Assembly: GCA_963717145.1 (NCBI GenBank)
Contig: OY970325.1
Coordinates: 96,001 to 160,000 of the forward strand
DNA length: 64,000 nucleotides
Direction of reading: 5' to 3'
Source: an uncultured Armatimonadetes bacterium
GTDB lineage: Bacteria; Armatimonadota; UBA5829; DTJY01
This document shows, one piece after another, positions 38,661 through 49,178 of the stretch (position 1 is its first letter; every line of letters starts with the position of its first letter). The translations under genes were made by a program, and so were the position numbers. The notes under the pieces are model-generated. The model saw nothing but the letters and a program-made list of their open reading frames with translations. It ran no database searches and had not been told where the DNA came from.

Positions 38661-40087
38661 TCAGTTGTTGAGGTCATTCCGTGCTGCGTTCAGAATCTCC
38701 TCCAGCGCATGATCCAATGCCGGATCGAGCGGTTCGGGGACGTGCGCGCGGAGGATCTCCTCCTTGCGGACACGGCAGCGGTCCTGCATCGATGTCGCCC
38801 CCGAATCGAGCCACGCCTGATAGTAGTCGCGGTCGAGCAGGCGCGGGAACTACAGCTCTCGGCGGAAGTGCTCGGCGGTGTGCTCGCGGTCGATGAACGT
38901 CCCGCCCGGACCCGCGTCGTCGATCACGTCGAGGCCGAGCGCCTCGTCGCTGAGATCGATCTCCCGCATCATGCTCTCGACGTAGGCGATGACCTCGTGC
39001 TGGAGCATCAGCATGTCGAGCGACGACGCCTGATCGACGCCGCAGATGCCCATGTGGCCGAAGATGTCGGCGCCGGCGGCGGCGCCCATCGCCAGCGTGA
39101 TGCCCGCCTCCAGGCCGGCCTGGGCGTCGGCGCGCTTCGAGTCGGTCAGGCCGACGTTGATGTAGACCGGCAGGCCGTAGTGCTTGCCCATCTGCGTCAT
39201 CGCCACGCCGAAGATCGCCTGCTCGGGGCCGCAGAAGATCATCTGCGTCGTGCGCATGTCGAAGGCGTGGCAGATGCCGCCGTAGCAGACCGGCATCCCC
39301 GGCCGGATGAGTTGGGTGATGCAGACGCCGGCGAGGATCTCGGCGTTCTCCTGGGCCATCGTGCCGGCGACGGTCGCCGGCGCGGAGAGCCCCATCTGCG
39401 CCATCGGGCCGATCGGGACGGGCAGGTTCAGGCGCGCGGTCTCGAAGAGCAGGTCGATGCCATGGAATGGGAAGCGCAGCGGGCTGATCGGCTCGAGGAA
39501 CGGGTAGCAGACCGGGAACTCGACCGCCCGGGCCTCGCTGCCTCGCAGCGCGATCATCATCTCGATCAGGTACTTCGCCGACGCGCGGTCGTGGAACCAG
39601 AAGTGATCGGCTTGGTGGTGTTGCGGATCATGGTCGCCATGACCTCGACGCAGCGGTAGCTGACCGGCATCTCGTGCGGGTCGGCCATCGCGCCGGGGAT
39701 GGTGATCTGTTCGAGCGCATCGGCGAATCGGGTGGCGGTGGCGACGTCGTCCATGGTCACGAAGCGTCGCTCACCACGGAGTTCATCGACCCAGTAGGCC
39801 TCGCCGGCGATCGAGTTGTAGTTCCGCTTGCCGACTCCGAACTCGGCCTTCTTGGAGAGATCGCGGCCGTAGATCGTGAACTGCTTGCCCGCCTGGTCGA
39901 GCGACCGCATCACGAGATCGGCGGGGATCCGCACGATCTGCTTCTCCCGATCCACTCGTGCGCCCGCATCGGCGAACCGGCTGAGCATCTCCTCATGGGG
40001 TGTATGTACGCCTGTGCGTTCGAGGATCGAGAGCGATGCCTCGTGTATGCAGTCGATCTGGCTATCTGAAAGGACTCTGCTGAACAT
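38661..40087 (-). CDS. Trimethylamine methyltransferase (MttB) family protein; frameshift at ~39600 and in-frame TAG at 38850-38852
   Basis: IHEASLSILERTGV, PISPLRF, APATVAGT, GPGGTFI..EHT; the frame continues past TAG as FPRLLDR...W...PEPLDP. Confidence 0.85.
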
Positions 40088-40095
40088 GCTTCTCC

Positions 40096-40212
40096 TTTGG
40101 AGTGCGATGGCTCGACATCGCTTTGGTCTTCGGCGGCTTGACGCCATCCTCCCGTGGGCCGCCGTGTCAAGCCACGGCTCAGGAAAGCGATGTCAAGCCA
40201 TCGCACTCCAAA
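40096..40212. repeat. TGGAG-type REP-like inverted repeat
   Basis: tttggagtgcgatggctcgacatcgcttt / aaagcgatgtcaagccatcgcactccaaa with an inner hairpin. Confidence 0.85.
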
Positions 40213-41584
40213 TGACGGCTCGGAGGGCGCGTTCTTCCTCTTCGGAGATACGGCTCTCGGGGCGGAAATCCCTCTCGAACTCGCGGACGATCTCGCGCGC
40301 CTTGTCGATGTCGGTCTTTCCGCCGGATGCGCGCCAGGCGCTGAGCGACTGGTTGCTCCAGGTGCGCGGCTCGAACAACTCGGTCCGGAACCGCTCGACG
40401 GTGAACTGCGTGCCGAGGTGGTTGCCCCCGATCCCGGCGGCGAGGATCTCATCGAACGCGCACTCCTCCTCGTCAACGTGTGCCTCGGAGAACAATGCCT
40501 TCAGGCTGCCGGCGAGATCGTGATCGAGGACCATCTGCACCGGCGAACAGACCGTATCCACGCCCAGCAGGCCCGCCTCAATGCCTGCGTAACCGGTCGC
40601 CAATGCCGTCATGAGCGCTCCCTCGGCCTTCTGGACTCCGGCCTCGCATGAGGGCATATACGCATCGGTGCAGCCGGTGTGCCCGCCGGTCGAGCAACCG
40701 TAGAAAGCAGCGATGTCGGCAAACGCGAGGTTCACGCGAGTGCGCTCCGGCCTGCCATAGAGCGACATGCCGGTGCGCATATCGACTGTGGTCGCCATCC
40801 CGCCGACGTTGAATTGTGCATCATCCCATAGTGCGCTGTTGAGCAGGAACAGGAAGATCTGTTCGGCCAGCGCGAGGGTGAGAGTCCCGGCGAACGACAC
40901 CGGCGCGGTCCCTCCCTGCGATGGCAGGTGCCCAATGCTCATGCGGAGTCCGCGGTCGGCAAAGTATAGAAGCTGCTCGCACTCCGGTCGCCCGAGCTTC
41001 AGCGGCGAGACGAGCCATCCGCACGCGCAGAAGACATCTGTCAGCGGCTTTCCGATCGCATCGGCATGAATACCGAACATCTCGATCAGCGGCTCGCACA
41101 GCGCCGTGAAATGCACCTCGCCGCCGGGCGATCCGCCGTACTTCCATGCGTAGAGCTTCTCGGCAAGCGGGAGGAATTGCGCTGGGATGTCATCCGGGAC
41201 GAAGGGCAGTCCGAGCATCCCGCAGCCATCAAGCCCCAGGTGCTGAGCGAGGCCAAAGTACCGTGCGAGCAGTGACTCGTCGAACGGCCGCATCTCGTCC
41301 GTGAACGGGTCGAGATACATGCACTGGTAGACCCCGCAGCCGAGCCCGATCCTCGGCGTGTCGAAGCTGACCGGCGTCTTCGGCGCATCCCAGATCCGGC
41401 GCTCGGTGAGATCGGACGGAAAGCACACACGATCCGTCAACGGATCAGTCTGCCCTCCCACGGACGCCAGCTTCCGTCGCAGGCCCTCGTGCTCCACCTG
41501 CACGCCGACTTCCGCGAGAACCCGGAGGGCGTTGCGGTGGATCTCCTCGATCTGAGGCTTTGTCAGGAGGCCGCTCAGTCGCAT
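40193..41584 (-). CDS. Trimethylamine methyltransferase (MttB) family protein, non-pyrrolysine
   Basis: IHRNALRVLAEVGV, VSPLKL, TAPVSFAGTL, DMRTG...GRPE; no internal amber. Confidence 0.85.
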   Translation of the reverse strand: MRLSGLLTKPQIEEIHRNALRVLAEVGVQVEHEGLRRKLASVGGQTDPLTDRVCFPSDLTERRIWDAPKTPVSFDTPRIGLGCGVYQCMYLDPFTDEMRPFDESLLARYFGLAQHLGLDGCGMLGLPFVPDDIPAQFLPLAEKLYAWKYGGSPGGEVHFTALCEPLIEMFGIHADAIGKPLTDVFCACGWLVSPLKLGRPECEQLLYFADRGLRMSIGHLPSQGGTAPVSFAGTLTLALAEQIFLFLLNSALWDDAQFNVGGMATTVDMRTGMSLYGRPERTRVNLAFADIAAFYGCSTGGHTGCTDAYMPSCEAGVQKAEGALMTALATGYAGIEAGLLGVDTVCSPVQMVLDHDLAGSLKALFSEAHVDEEECAFDEILAAGIGGNHLGTQFTVERFRTELFEPRTWSNQSLSAWRASGGKTDIDKAREIVREFERDFRPESRISEEEERALRAVIWSAMA

Positions 41585-41588
41585 AGTC

Positions 41589-41728
41589 TTTGGAGTGCGA
41601 TGGCTCGACATCGCTTTGGTCTTCGGCAGGCTTGTAGGAGGCGACTCCAGTCGGCGATCCTGGCAGCAAACCGATCTCGTAAGACGACAACTGAGATCGC
41701 CGACTGGAGTCGCCTCCTACAAGCCTGC
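41589..41728. repeat. Half TGGAG element fused to a GTAG-type REP doublet
   Basis: 41589-41627 is identical to 40096-40134; perfect 34-bp IR at 41626-41659 / 41695-41728. Confidence 0.85.
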
Positions 41729-41736
41729 GGTTGGTG

Positions 41737-43042
41737 TCAGAACTGCGGGAGGTACTCCGCCTGGGCCGCGAGGAGTTCATCCGCGAGCTTCTCGGCGGTC
41801 TTCATCGATTCGACCGCGCCGTCGAGCACCAGCGCCTGAATGAACTTGCCCCGGCTGCCCTGAAGCGCGGCCTCGACCGTCGTCTCGACCCACGCGAGCC
41901 GTGTCGCCAGCGTGCCGACGATCCCGACGGGCAGGGGAGCCTGAGCGATCGGATGCATCCCCGATCTGTCGGCGATGGCCGGACTCTCGACGACGGCATC
42001 CATCGGGAGGTTCGGGACCTGCCCGGCATTCGGAAGGTTGGCCGAATAGGTGCGCCCGGCGTCGGTGCGGATGCTCTCGATGATCTCCATCACCTGCTCA
42101 TGCTCGCCGCCGATTAGCTCGAAAAAGTCCTCGGTGAGCGGCTGATCGGACGCCGCGACCTCCTTCATCTCCTCGAAGATCGCGTCCCCGCCGGCGATCG
42201 TCCCCTCGAAGCTGTATGCGTCGACCCCGAGCTTCTTGCCATAGTAGTCGCCGGTGCGGAAGAACTGCGTGAAGAACTCGGTGATGTGCCGGTCGAGCAC
42301 CGCCGGGAACGCGCCGAACAGCTTCGTCATCTGCCAGGTGAAGATGCTTAACTCGTCGGGCGGTGACTGGCCCAGCTTGGCGATGTTCTCGTCGGCGATC
42401 TGCATCAGCCGGGGCATCACGTCCTTGCCGCCGATGCTGATCTCGGTGAACCATGTGAGGTGGTTCGATCCCGACGGCGCTATAGTCGATATGCCCTCCG
42501 AGGACATGCGAAAGGAAGTGCGCCACGTGAAAAACGCCATGGCAGAGGCCGACCATGTTTGCGCCGGTCGCCTTTCGGACGCCTCGGCACACGGGGCCCA
42601 TCGGGTTGCCGTAGTTGAAGAAGAGAGCGTTCGGAGCGAGATCGAGCACGTCCTCCGCGATGGCGACCATCGAGTTGATCATCCTCAGCGCCCGAGATGT
42701 CCCGCCGGGCATCACGCTGTCACCGACGGGCTGATAGATGCCATACTTGCGAGGGATGAACACGTCCTGCTCCCACGCTCGCCGTCCGCCGACCCCGATG
42801 GTGCAGATGATCGCCGTCGCGCCGGGGAGGACATCCCTGCGGTCGAGGGATGCGCTCAGCGTGATCGGCGACTTCCGCGCCTCGATCATCTTGCGCGTGA
42901 GGCCTTCTGCGACGGCCAGGGCCTCTGGGTCGATATCGACGAGCGCCAGGTCGCACTCCTGGCCGCGCTGGATCAGGTCAGCGACCATCCCGCGTGTGAA
43001 CATGGCGCTCCCGGCTCCTACCAGTACGAACTTCTCTCTCAC
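41737..43042 (-). CDS. Family 4 glycoside hydrolase (alpha-galactosidase/glucosidase-like), one frameshift at ~42467
   Basis: [45 protein letters not shown]. Confidence 0.88.
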
Positions 43043-43064
43043 GGCACATCTCCTTACTAACAAC

Positions 43065-43173
43065 ACCGTCAGTCCTGAGTAGCCGGTGAATGACGGCGTA
43101 ACGAAGGACGGCTCGGTGCAGCAAGGCCGTCCTTCGTTACGCCGTCATTCACCGGCTACTCAGGACTGACGGT
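43065..43173. repeat. Long palindromic element, family A, copy 3
   Basis: Perfect 48-bp arms 43065-43112 / 43126-43173. Confidence 0.9.
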
Positions 43174-43209
43174 TTCTGCGCGGGTATAATGATGGTTTGT
43201 CCTGAATGG

Positions 43210-43446
43210 TCAGGCTGCGTCTGCGGCCACAGGTACCGACACGACTACGTACTCAGCGATCGATTGCGTCTCGGGGATCGGCAAGCCGTCCTCCAGCATC
43301 CCGCGTACATGCATCTGGATGGCCTGGTGCATATTGCGCTCCGTATCCTCGATGGTCTTCCCTGTAGCTATGCACCCCGGGAGGTCTGGTGAGTAAGCCG
43401 AGTAGTTGCCGTTTGCCTTTTCGATCACAACCAGGAACCGATACAT
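43210..43446 (-). CDS. hicB: HicB-family antitoxin
   Basis: YSAYSPDLPGCIATGKT...AIQMHVRGMLEDGLPIP. Confidence 0.88.
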   Translation of the reverse strand: MYRFLVVIEKANGNYSAYSPDLPGCIATGKTIEDTERNMHQAIQMHVRGMLEDGLPIPETQSIAEYVVVSVPVAADAA

Positions 43447-43456
43447 TCTTTGCCTC

Positions 43457-43642
43457 CTACTTCAGGCCAGCCTGTTCCAGTATACTGTTCAGCGTCTTGG
43501 GCGCCACGTCATCGCTCGGGTGACCGGCGATTGTTACCCGTCCCCGCTTTGTGGCATGTTTGTATTGTCGGTGACTGCCTTCGGTCGTCACGAGATACCA
43601 ACCGTCGGCGATTACCCGCTTGACTATATCACGTACTTTCAT
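43457..43642 (-). CDS. hicA: HicA-family toxin
   Basis: DGWYLVTTEGSHRQYKH...GRVTIAGHPSDD. Confidence 0.9.
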   Translation of the reverse strand: MKVRDIVKRVIADGWYLVTTEGSHRQYKHATKRGRVTIAGHPSDDVAPKTLNSILEQAGLK

Positions 43643-43676
43643 CGGTGTCCGAACTCGTCATCTGCCCGTCGGTCTC

Positions 43677-45923
43677 CTAGAGCACCGACTTCACCGCTGC
43701 GATGATATCATCGCGCTTCGGGACGACGGCGTCTTCGAGCGGCTCGCTCATCGGGATCGGGCACGTCCTTGCCCGCCAGGATCACCGGCGGGGCGTCGAG
43801 GTAGTCGAAGCCGATCGTGCCGTCGGCGAACCGATACTCGCTCACGTCGCGGACGATCTCCGCGCCGATGCCGCACCGGAGAATCCCTCCGAGACGGTGA
43901 TCAGCCGGCCGGTCTTTCGCACGGAATTGGCGATCGTCTCGACATCGAGCGGGTTCAGGGTTCGCGGGTCGATGACCTCGACGTTGATCCCTTCCTTCTC
44001 GAGTTCGAGAGCCGCGTCCATCGCGAAGTGCAGCATGCCGGCAGTAGGCCACGATGGTCGCGTCCGTGCCCTCGCGCTTGATGTCGGCGACACCGAGCGG
44101 GATGATGTAGTCGTCGGTCGGGCACCGGGCCCATCACGCCGCTGTAGAGGACCTTGTGCTCGATGAAGATCACCGGGTTGTCGTCGCGGATCGCGGCCTT
44201 GAGCAGGCCCTTCGCGTCGTATGGCGTCGAGGGCATCACGACGTAGAGGCCGGGGATGTGCACGAACCATCGCCTCCAGGCTCTCGGAGTGGTGCGCGGC
44301 GATGCAGCGTCCGACTCCGCCTTCGGTTCGGAGGACGCGTCGGGACCTTGGTCTTGCCGCCGAACATATAGCGGTTGTAGCGCCATGTTGTGGACGAGCT
44401 GGTCGGAGGAGATGGTCAGGAAGTCGATGTACATGATCTCGGCGATCGGCCGCATGCCGCGCATGGCCGCGCCCGCCGCCGCTCCCGCGATCGCCGCCTC
44501 GGAGATCGCGGTGTCGATCACGCGCTGTCGGGCCGAACTCGTCGTAGAGGCCGCGGGTCGCCGCATACGCGCCGCCGTAGAGCCCGACGTCCTCGCCCAT
44601 GATGAACACGGTCTCGTCGCGCTTCATCTCCTCGCGCTGGGCGTCGACGATCGCCTGGCCGTAGGTCATGATCGGCATCCCGAACTGCTCTTCGAACTTG
44701 GTCGTCGCTTCCTTGTTCAGCTTCGGCAGAGCCGTCTTCGCCACGACGTCCGACTGCTCGCGGAGGGATCGCCGAATCTCGGTCTCGATCGCGTTGATCT
44801 TCTGCGCGACCGGCTTCTCCTGAGCCTTCTGCGCCTCCCAGGCCTTCTTGTCGACCGGCACGTAGACGTCGTCGTACAGCTCGCTCACGTCGGGATACGG
44901 GCTGTCGATCGCGAACTTGGTGGCGTTCTCGATGCGTCTTGACGGCCTTGCCCTCGATCGCGTCCAGCTCGGCCTCGGTGGCAGACCGCCGTCCAGGAGC
45001 TTCTTGCGCAAAGCACGTGATCGGGTCACGCTGCCTTCCACTCGGCTTCCTCTTCCTTCGGGTGCGGTAGACGCGCTGGTCGCTGATGGAGTGGCCGTAC
45101 CAGCGGTAGGTCTTGCCCTCGATCAGGGTCGGTCCGCCGCCCTTGCGCGCGCGCGTCGACGGCCTTCGTGACCGCCTCTCGACGGCGAGCACGTCCATGC
45201 CGTCGACGATCACGCCCGGCATGCCGTAGGCCGCCGCTCGGATCGGCGATGTCCTCGATCGCTCGACGCCTGCCCGGCGCACGTCGACGGACTTGTCGTG
45301 GAACGGGACGGACATGCCGTAGAGGTTGTTCTCGCAGATATAGACGATCGGCAGGCCGCAGAGCATGCGTCGCGCCCATGTTGAGCGCTTCGTGGAAGCT
45401 GCCGGTGTTGGTCGCGCCGTCGCCGAAGAAGCAGAGCACGACGTCGCCCGTGCCCTTGAGCTTCTCGGCCAGCGCCGCGCCGGTGCCGATCGGGATGTTG
45501 CCGCCGACGATGCCGGTCGAGCCGAGGTTGCCCTTCTCGACGTCCGCGATGTGCATCGAGCCGCCGCGGCCCTTGCAGTAGCCGGTGGCCTTGCCCATCA
45601 GCTCGGCCATCATCTTGTTCCAGTGGTCCTGGCGCTCGGCCTCGGTGCTGGGCATGCTTGTCGCCGATCGCGCCGCAGTGGCCGTGACCTCGGTGGGTGC
45701 TGGCGATCACGTCATCCTCGGTGATCGCCGAGATCGCACCGACCGCGACGGCTTCCTGGCCGGCATAGAGATGCGACGCTCCCTTGATTATGCCGAGTTT
45801 GAGCAGCTCGGCGACCTTCTCTTCGAAGAATCGAATCTCATACATCTGGCGAAGGAAATCGCCCAGCGTCTCTTTGCCCAATCCGCCGAAGGATTCGGAC
45901 TTGCGAGCAAGTGTTTTTGCCAT
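43677..45923 (-). CDS. Fused alpha/beta E1 component of a 2-oxoacid/acetoin dehydrogenase (many apparent frameshifts)
   Basis: [44 protein letters not shown] (alpha); [28 protein letters not shown] (beta). Confidence 0.85.
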
Positions 45924-46010
45924 GAGGAACTCCTTTGCGCGTAACCGGTTTCTTCAGCGATGATTGTAATGCCTTGGCGGCCCGTTCGTCAAGGTCATAT
46001 GGAGTGCAGA

Positions 46011-46078
46011 CCCTCACCCCCGACCCCTCTCCCGGGGGGCGAGGGGGGTTGGCGTCTCCCCTCTCTCGGGGGCGAGAG
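46011..46078. repeat. CCCTCACCC...CCCTCTCCC palindromic repeat (related to 7459-7492)
   Basis: ccctcacccccgacccctctcccggggggcgagggg plus a degenerate second unit. Confidence 0.7.
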
Positions 46079-46157
46079 CCCGCGTGCCGCTGTTTCCCGC
46101 GTGTCCCGCAGGGGAACATATATATCGGAAGACTCGACATGGAGAGGATGATGCGAG

Positions 46158-46649
46158 ATGACGGAGACAATCACGGATGATGCCGGCATGGAAGAGCCGT
46201 TGATACTGGAACGCCTGAGCGACCTCCACGACCAGGATGAATACCTGGCGAACTACCCTGATATACGAGGCCGCGCCGTAGTGAATCCCGTGGGAGAGGA
46301 GGTCGGTACGGTCGACGACTTGTACGTGAATCCGAGGCGGCGAAAGGTGGAGATGGCGGCAATCACCTTCACCGGCCCGGTCGGTTCCGGCGGCAAGAGC
46401 GTCCTGGTGCCGGTTGACGAGATCCGCCACGATGAGGACCAGGTGAAGATCATGACCGCATACGCTCGAATCGAGCACGCACCCGAGTTCCATCCCGACG
46501 CGCTGAACTACGAGTCGTGTTGCGACTTCTGGGGAGACGAAGCCGCCGATCCTCAGGACAGGCCCGGAGAGCGCAACCCCCTTCCACCGGGACGCCTCGA
46601 ACTCGAGGATGAGGACGAGTACGAGCGATCACTCGCCAGTGAGGAGTGA
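46158..46649 (+). CDS. PRC-barrel domain protein
   Basis: DIRGRAVVNPVGEEVGTVDDLYV...VLVPV...IEHAPEF. Confidence 0.85.
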   Translation: MTETITDDAGMEEPLILERLSDLHDQDEYLANYPDIRGRAVVNPVGEEVGTVDDLYVNPRRRKVEMAAITFTGPVGSGGKSVLVPVDEIRHDEDQVKIMTAYARIEHAPEFHPDALNYESCCDFWGDEAADPQDRPGERNPLPPGRLELEDEDEYERSLASEE

Positions 46650-46722
46650 ACGGTGACCCCGGTGCACTTTCGGCCCGAAATGGCGTATCATATGTGTAAC
46701 GACCGTACCGGGAGATACCATT

Positions 46723-47676
46723 GTGATCCGTGAAGATACTCAGAGCCGCGCATGGTGGCTCGTTGCGGTGATTATCCTTCTCGCGGCATCGGCTGTGTCT
46801 GCGCAGGAGTTCACCTTCAGCTTCTCCATCACCGGCTACCAAAAGGATACACGGTTCGGAGAGCCGGCCGGACTCGCCGTGTCCGATCGCCTGAACACGG
46901 TCTACGTTGCCGACGTGAAGGATTCCGCGCTGTATGCCTTCGACCTCCAGGGGACTCCGAAGCCCATCAGGGCTGACCGGGAGAAGATCGGCATCCTGTA
47001 TGCGGTCGCCGTCGACAAAGACGGCAGCGTGTACGTCGCCGCCAACGACGCCGCCCCGATCAAGATAATCGACCCGAAAGGCGAGATTGCCACCCTCGAA
47101 CTCCAAGCGCCCGAGGGAGATCAGAAGCCGAGGCCCGGGCGGATGACGTTCGATCGTGACGGCAACCTGTACGTAGTCGATCGGGCCAACTCGCGGCTCT
47201 ACGTGCTCGACAAGGACCGCAAGCTCAAGATGCGGATCGGCGGCAAAGGCAGTAAGCGCGGCGAATTCCGGCAACTGCAGGATGTCGCCGTCGACCGCCA
47301 GGGACGGATCTACGCGCTCGATGCGCTCGGGATTCCGGTCCAGGTCTTCGATAAGAAGGGGAAGTACCTCTACCGGTTCGGATTCCACGGAGGCGGCGAT
47401 CAGGACATCGGCACTCCGAATGCGATCACCCTCGATCGGAACGACCAGGTCTGGATCGTGGACAAGGGCCAGCACTGCCTCAAAGTTTTCGATCGCGCGG
47501 GCGAGTTCCTGCGACGGCTCGGGACATATGGGGTGGGCGAGGGGACGCTCTTCGACCCGGTGGACATCGAGATCGACGGCTCGGGGAAGGTATACGTGGC
47601 AGAGGCCGGTGGTCGAAGGATACAGGTATTCCTCGTCAGCAGGCCGTACGAGACCTTCACGTCCCCAGGTTTTTGA
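46723..47676 (+). CDS. Secreted NHL-repeat beta-propeller protein
   Basis: Signal peptide; repeated P.gva.D..G.lYV.D..N.R units. Confidence 0.88.
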   Translation: MIREDTQSRAWWLVAVIILLAASAVSAQEFTFSFSITGYQKDTRFGEPAGLAVSDRLNTVYVADVKDSALYAFDLQGTPKPIRADREKIGILYAVAVDKDGSVYVAANDAAPIKIIDPKGEIATLELQAPEGDQKPRPGRMTFDRDGNLYVVDRANSRLYVLDKDRKLKMRIGGKGSKRGEFRQLQDVAVDRQGRIYALDALGIPVQVFDKKGKYLYRFGFHGGGDQDIGTPNAITLDRNDQVWIVDKGQHCLKVFDRAGEFLRRLGTYGVGEGTLFDPVDIEIDGSGKVYVAEAGGRRIQVFLVSRPYETFTSPGF

Positions 47677-47701
47677 CACGTTTTGCTCAATAAGGTATAC
47701 T
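47673..47701 (+). promoter_or_regulatory. Sigma70-type promoter of resB
   Basis: TTGACA-17 bp-TATACT. Confidence 0.75.
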
Positions 47702-47739
47702 CAGAATCGCATTTCCCAAACAATAAGGAGCCGTCACAC

Positions 47740-49163
47740 GTGGAAGATGAACTGAACAGACCGTCCCAACCGGATAGCGCAAAGGAACCGGGACTTATCA
47801 GAGCCTTGTGGGTGTTCTTCAGCTCGATGAAGACGGCAATCACACTGCTCCTCCTGCTGGCCATCGGATCGGTGATCGGCACCATCATCCCCCAGGGCGG
47901 ACCGCCGGAAATGTACATTCAGAAGTACGGCCAGGGGAACGGATCCTCTTCCGCGCACTCGGTCTCGATGACGTGTTCCACTCCGGTTGGTATGTGTTTC
48001 TGCTGACGATGGTGTGCGTCAACCTGACGGTCTGCAGCATCAACAGGTTCAAGCTGGCCTGGCGGAAGGCGTTCCAACCCAAGTTGTCGGCGAAGGCGGA
48101 TCAGATCCTCGGCATGCAGGTGTCCGACAAGCTCACAGGTCCCGTCGAGAACGCCGAGTCGAAGGCCGTATCCGCTCTCCGAAGCGCGGGCTACGGAGTG
48201 ACCACGGGTGAAGATGGCGGGGACCGATGTGTGTATGCCACTAAGGGCCGAATGGGCATCTGGGGGCCGTACATGACGCACCTGAGTCTGCTCGTCATCT
48301 TCGCGGGGTATATTCTAGGGAACCAGCTTGGCTTCGAAGGATTCACGTATATACCGGAGGGCGCGCAGGTCGGCAACTACTATCCGGACGGAGCAGAGGA
48401 ACCGCGCAACCTTGGCTTCGAGGTCAAGCTCATCGACTTCACCATCGAGCACGACGCCGGGCACAACCCAACTGCGTATAAGAGCCGGTTGCAGGTGTAC
48501 GATAAGGGCAAGATGGTTGCGGAGAAGACCATCGACGTGAACCATCCGCTCACATACAAGGGGATCACCTTCTACCAGAGCGACTTCGGCATCGAGGGGC
48601 TGATCCTCAGGATCGTGGCGCCCGACGGCGGCGCTTCACAGGTTCGTATTCCCGTGCATACGCAACAGGGCGAACGCGGCAAGGAATTCGTGCCGGAACT
48701 CGTGCCGATCGAAGTGAATACCGGCGGCAAGGCCTGGACCATCTTCACCCACAACTTCATCCCCGACTATATCGGACCGCCCAAGTTCAGCGCCTCCGAT
48801 CTGCCTCTCAACCCGGCGGCGGAGGTCTACGTCAACGAGCACTTCACCGAGGACAGGACCGATTGGCACGGGGTCGGATGGGTATCAGCGGATGCCCCGG
48901 CCACTTACAAGGGTCACAAGATCGAGTTGGAGCAGGTGATCGACTCCACCGGGCTTCAGGTGGCAAGCAATCCGGCGCTTCCGGTTGTCTACGCCGGATT
49001 CGTGATCATGCTGCTCGGGGTGTTCGCGTCGTTCTACATTCATCATCGCGTGATCCGGGTGAGGGTTTCCGATCAGAGCGTGGTCGTCGGGGGCTCGTCC
49101 CGCGCCGATACTTTCGTCCTGGAGAAAGACATCGCCCGGGTAAAGGCCGCCTTGTGCGGGTAG
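47740..49163 (+). CDS. resB: Cytochrome c biogenesis protein ResB/Ccs1 (system II), one frameshift at ~47935
   Basis: SSMKTAITLLLLLAIGSVIGTIIPQ, DVFHSGWY, CSINR, THLSLLVI, VNHPLTYKGITFYQS, TGLQV..NP. Confidence 0.88.
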
Positions 49164-49178
49164 ATCCGCTCCCCGCGC

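Noticed and set aside
38850-38852. Pyrrolysine codon
   Set aside because: The position is C-terminal to the MttB Pyl site and fits TGG-to-TAG; no pyl genes are in the window.
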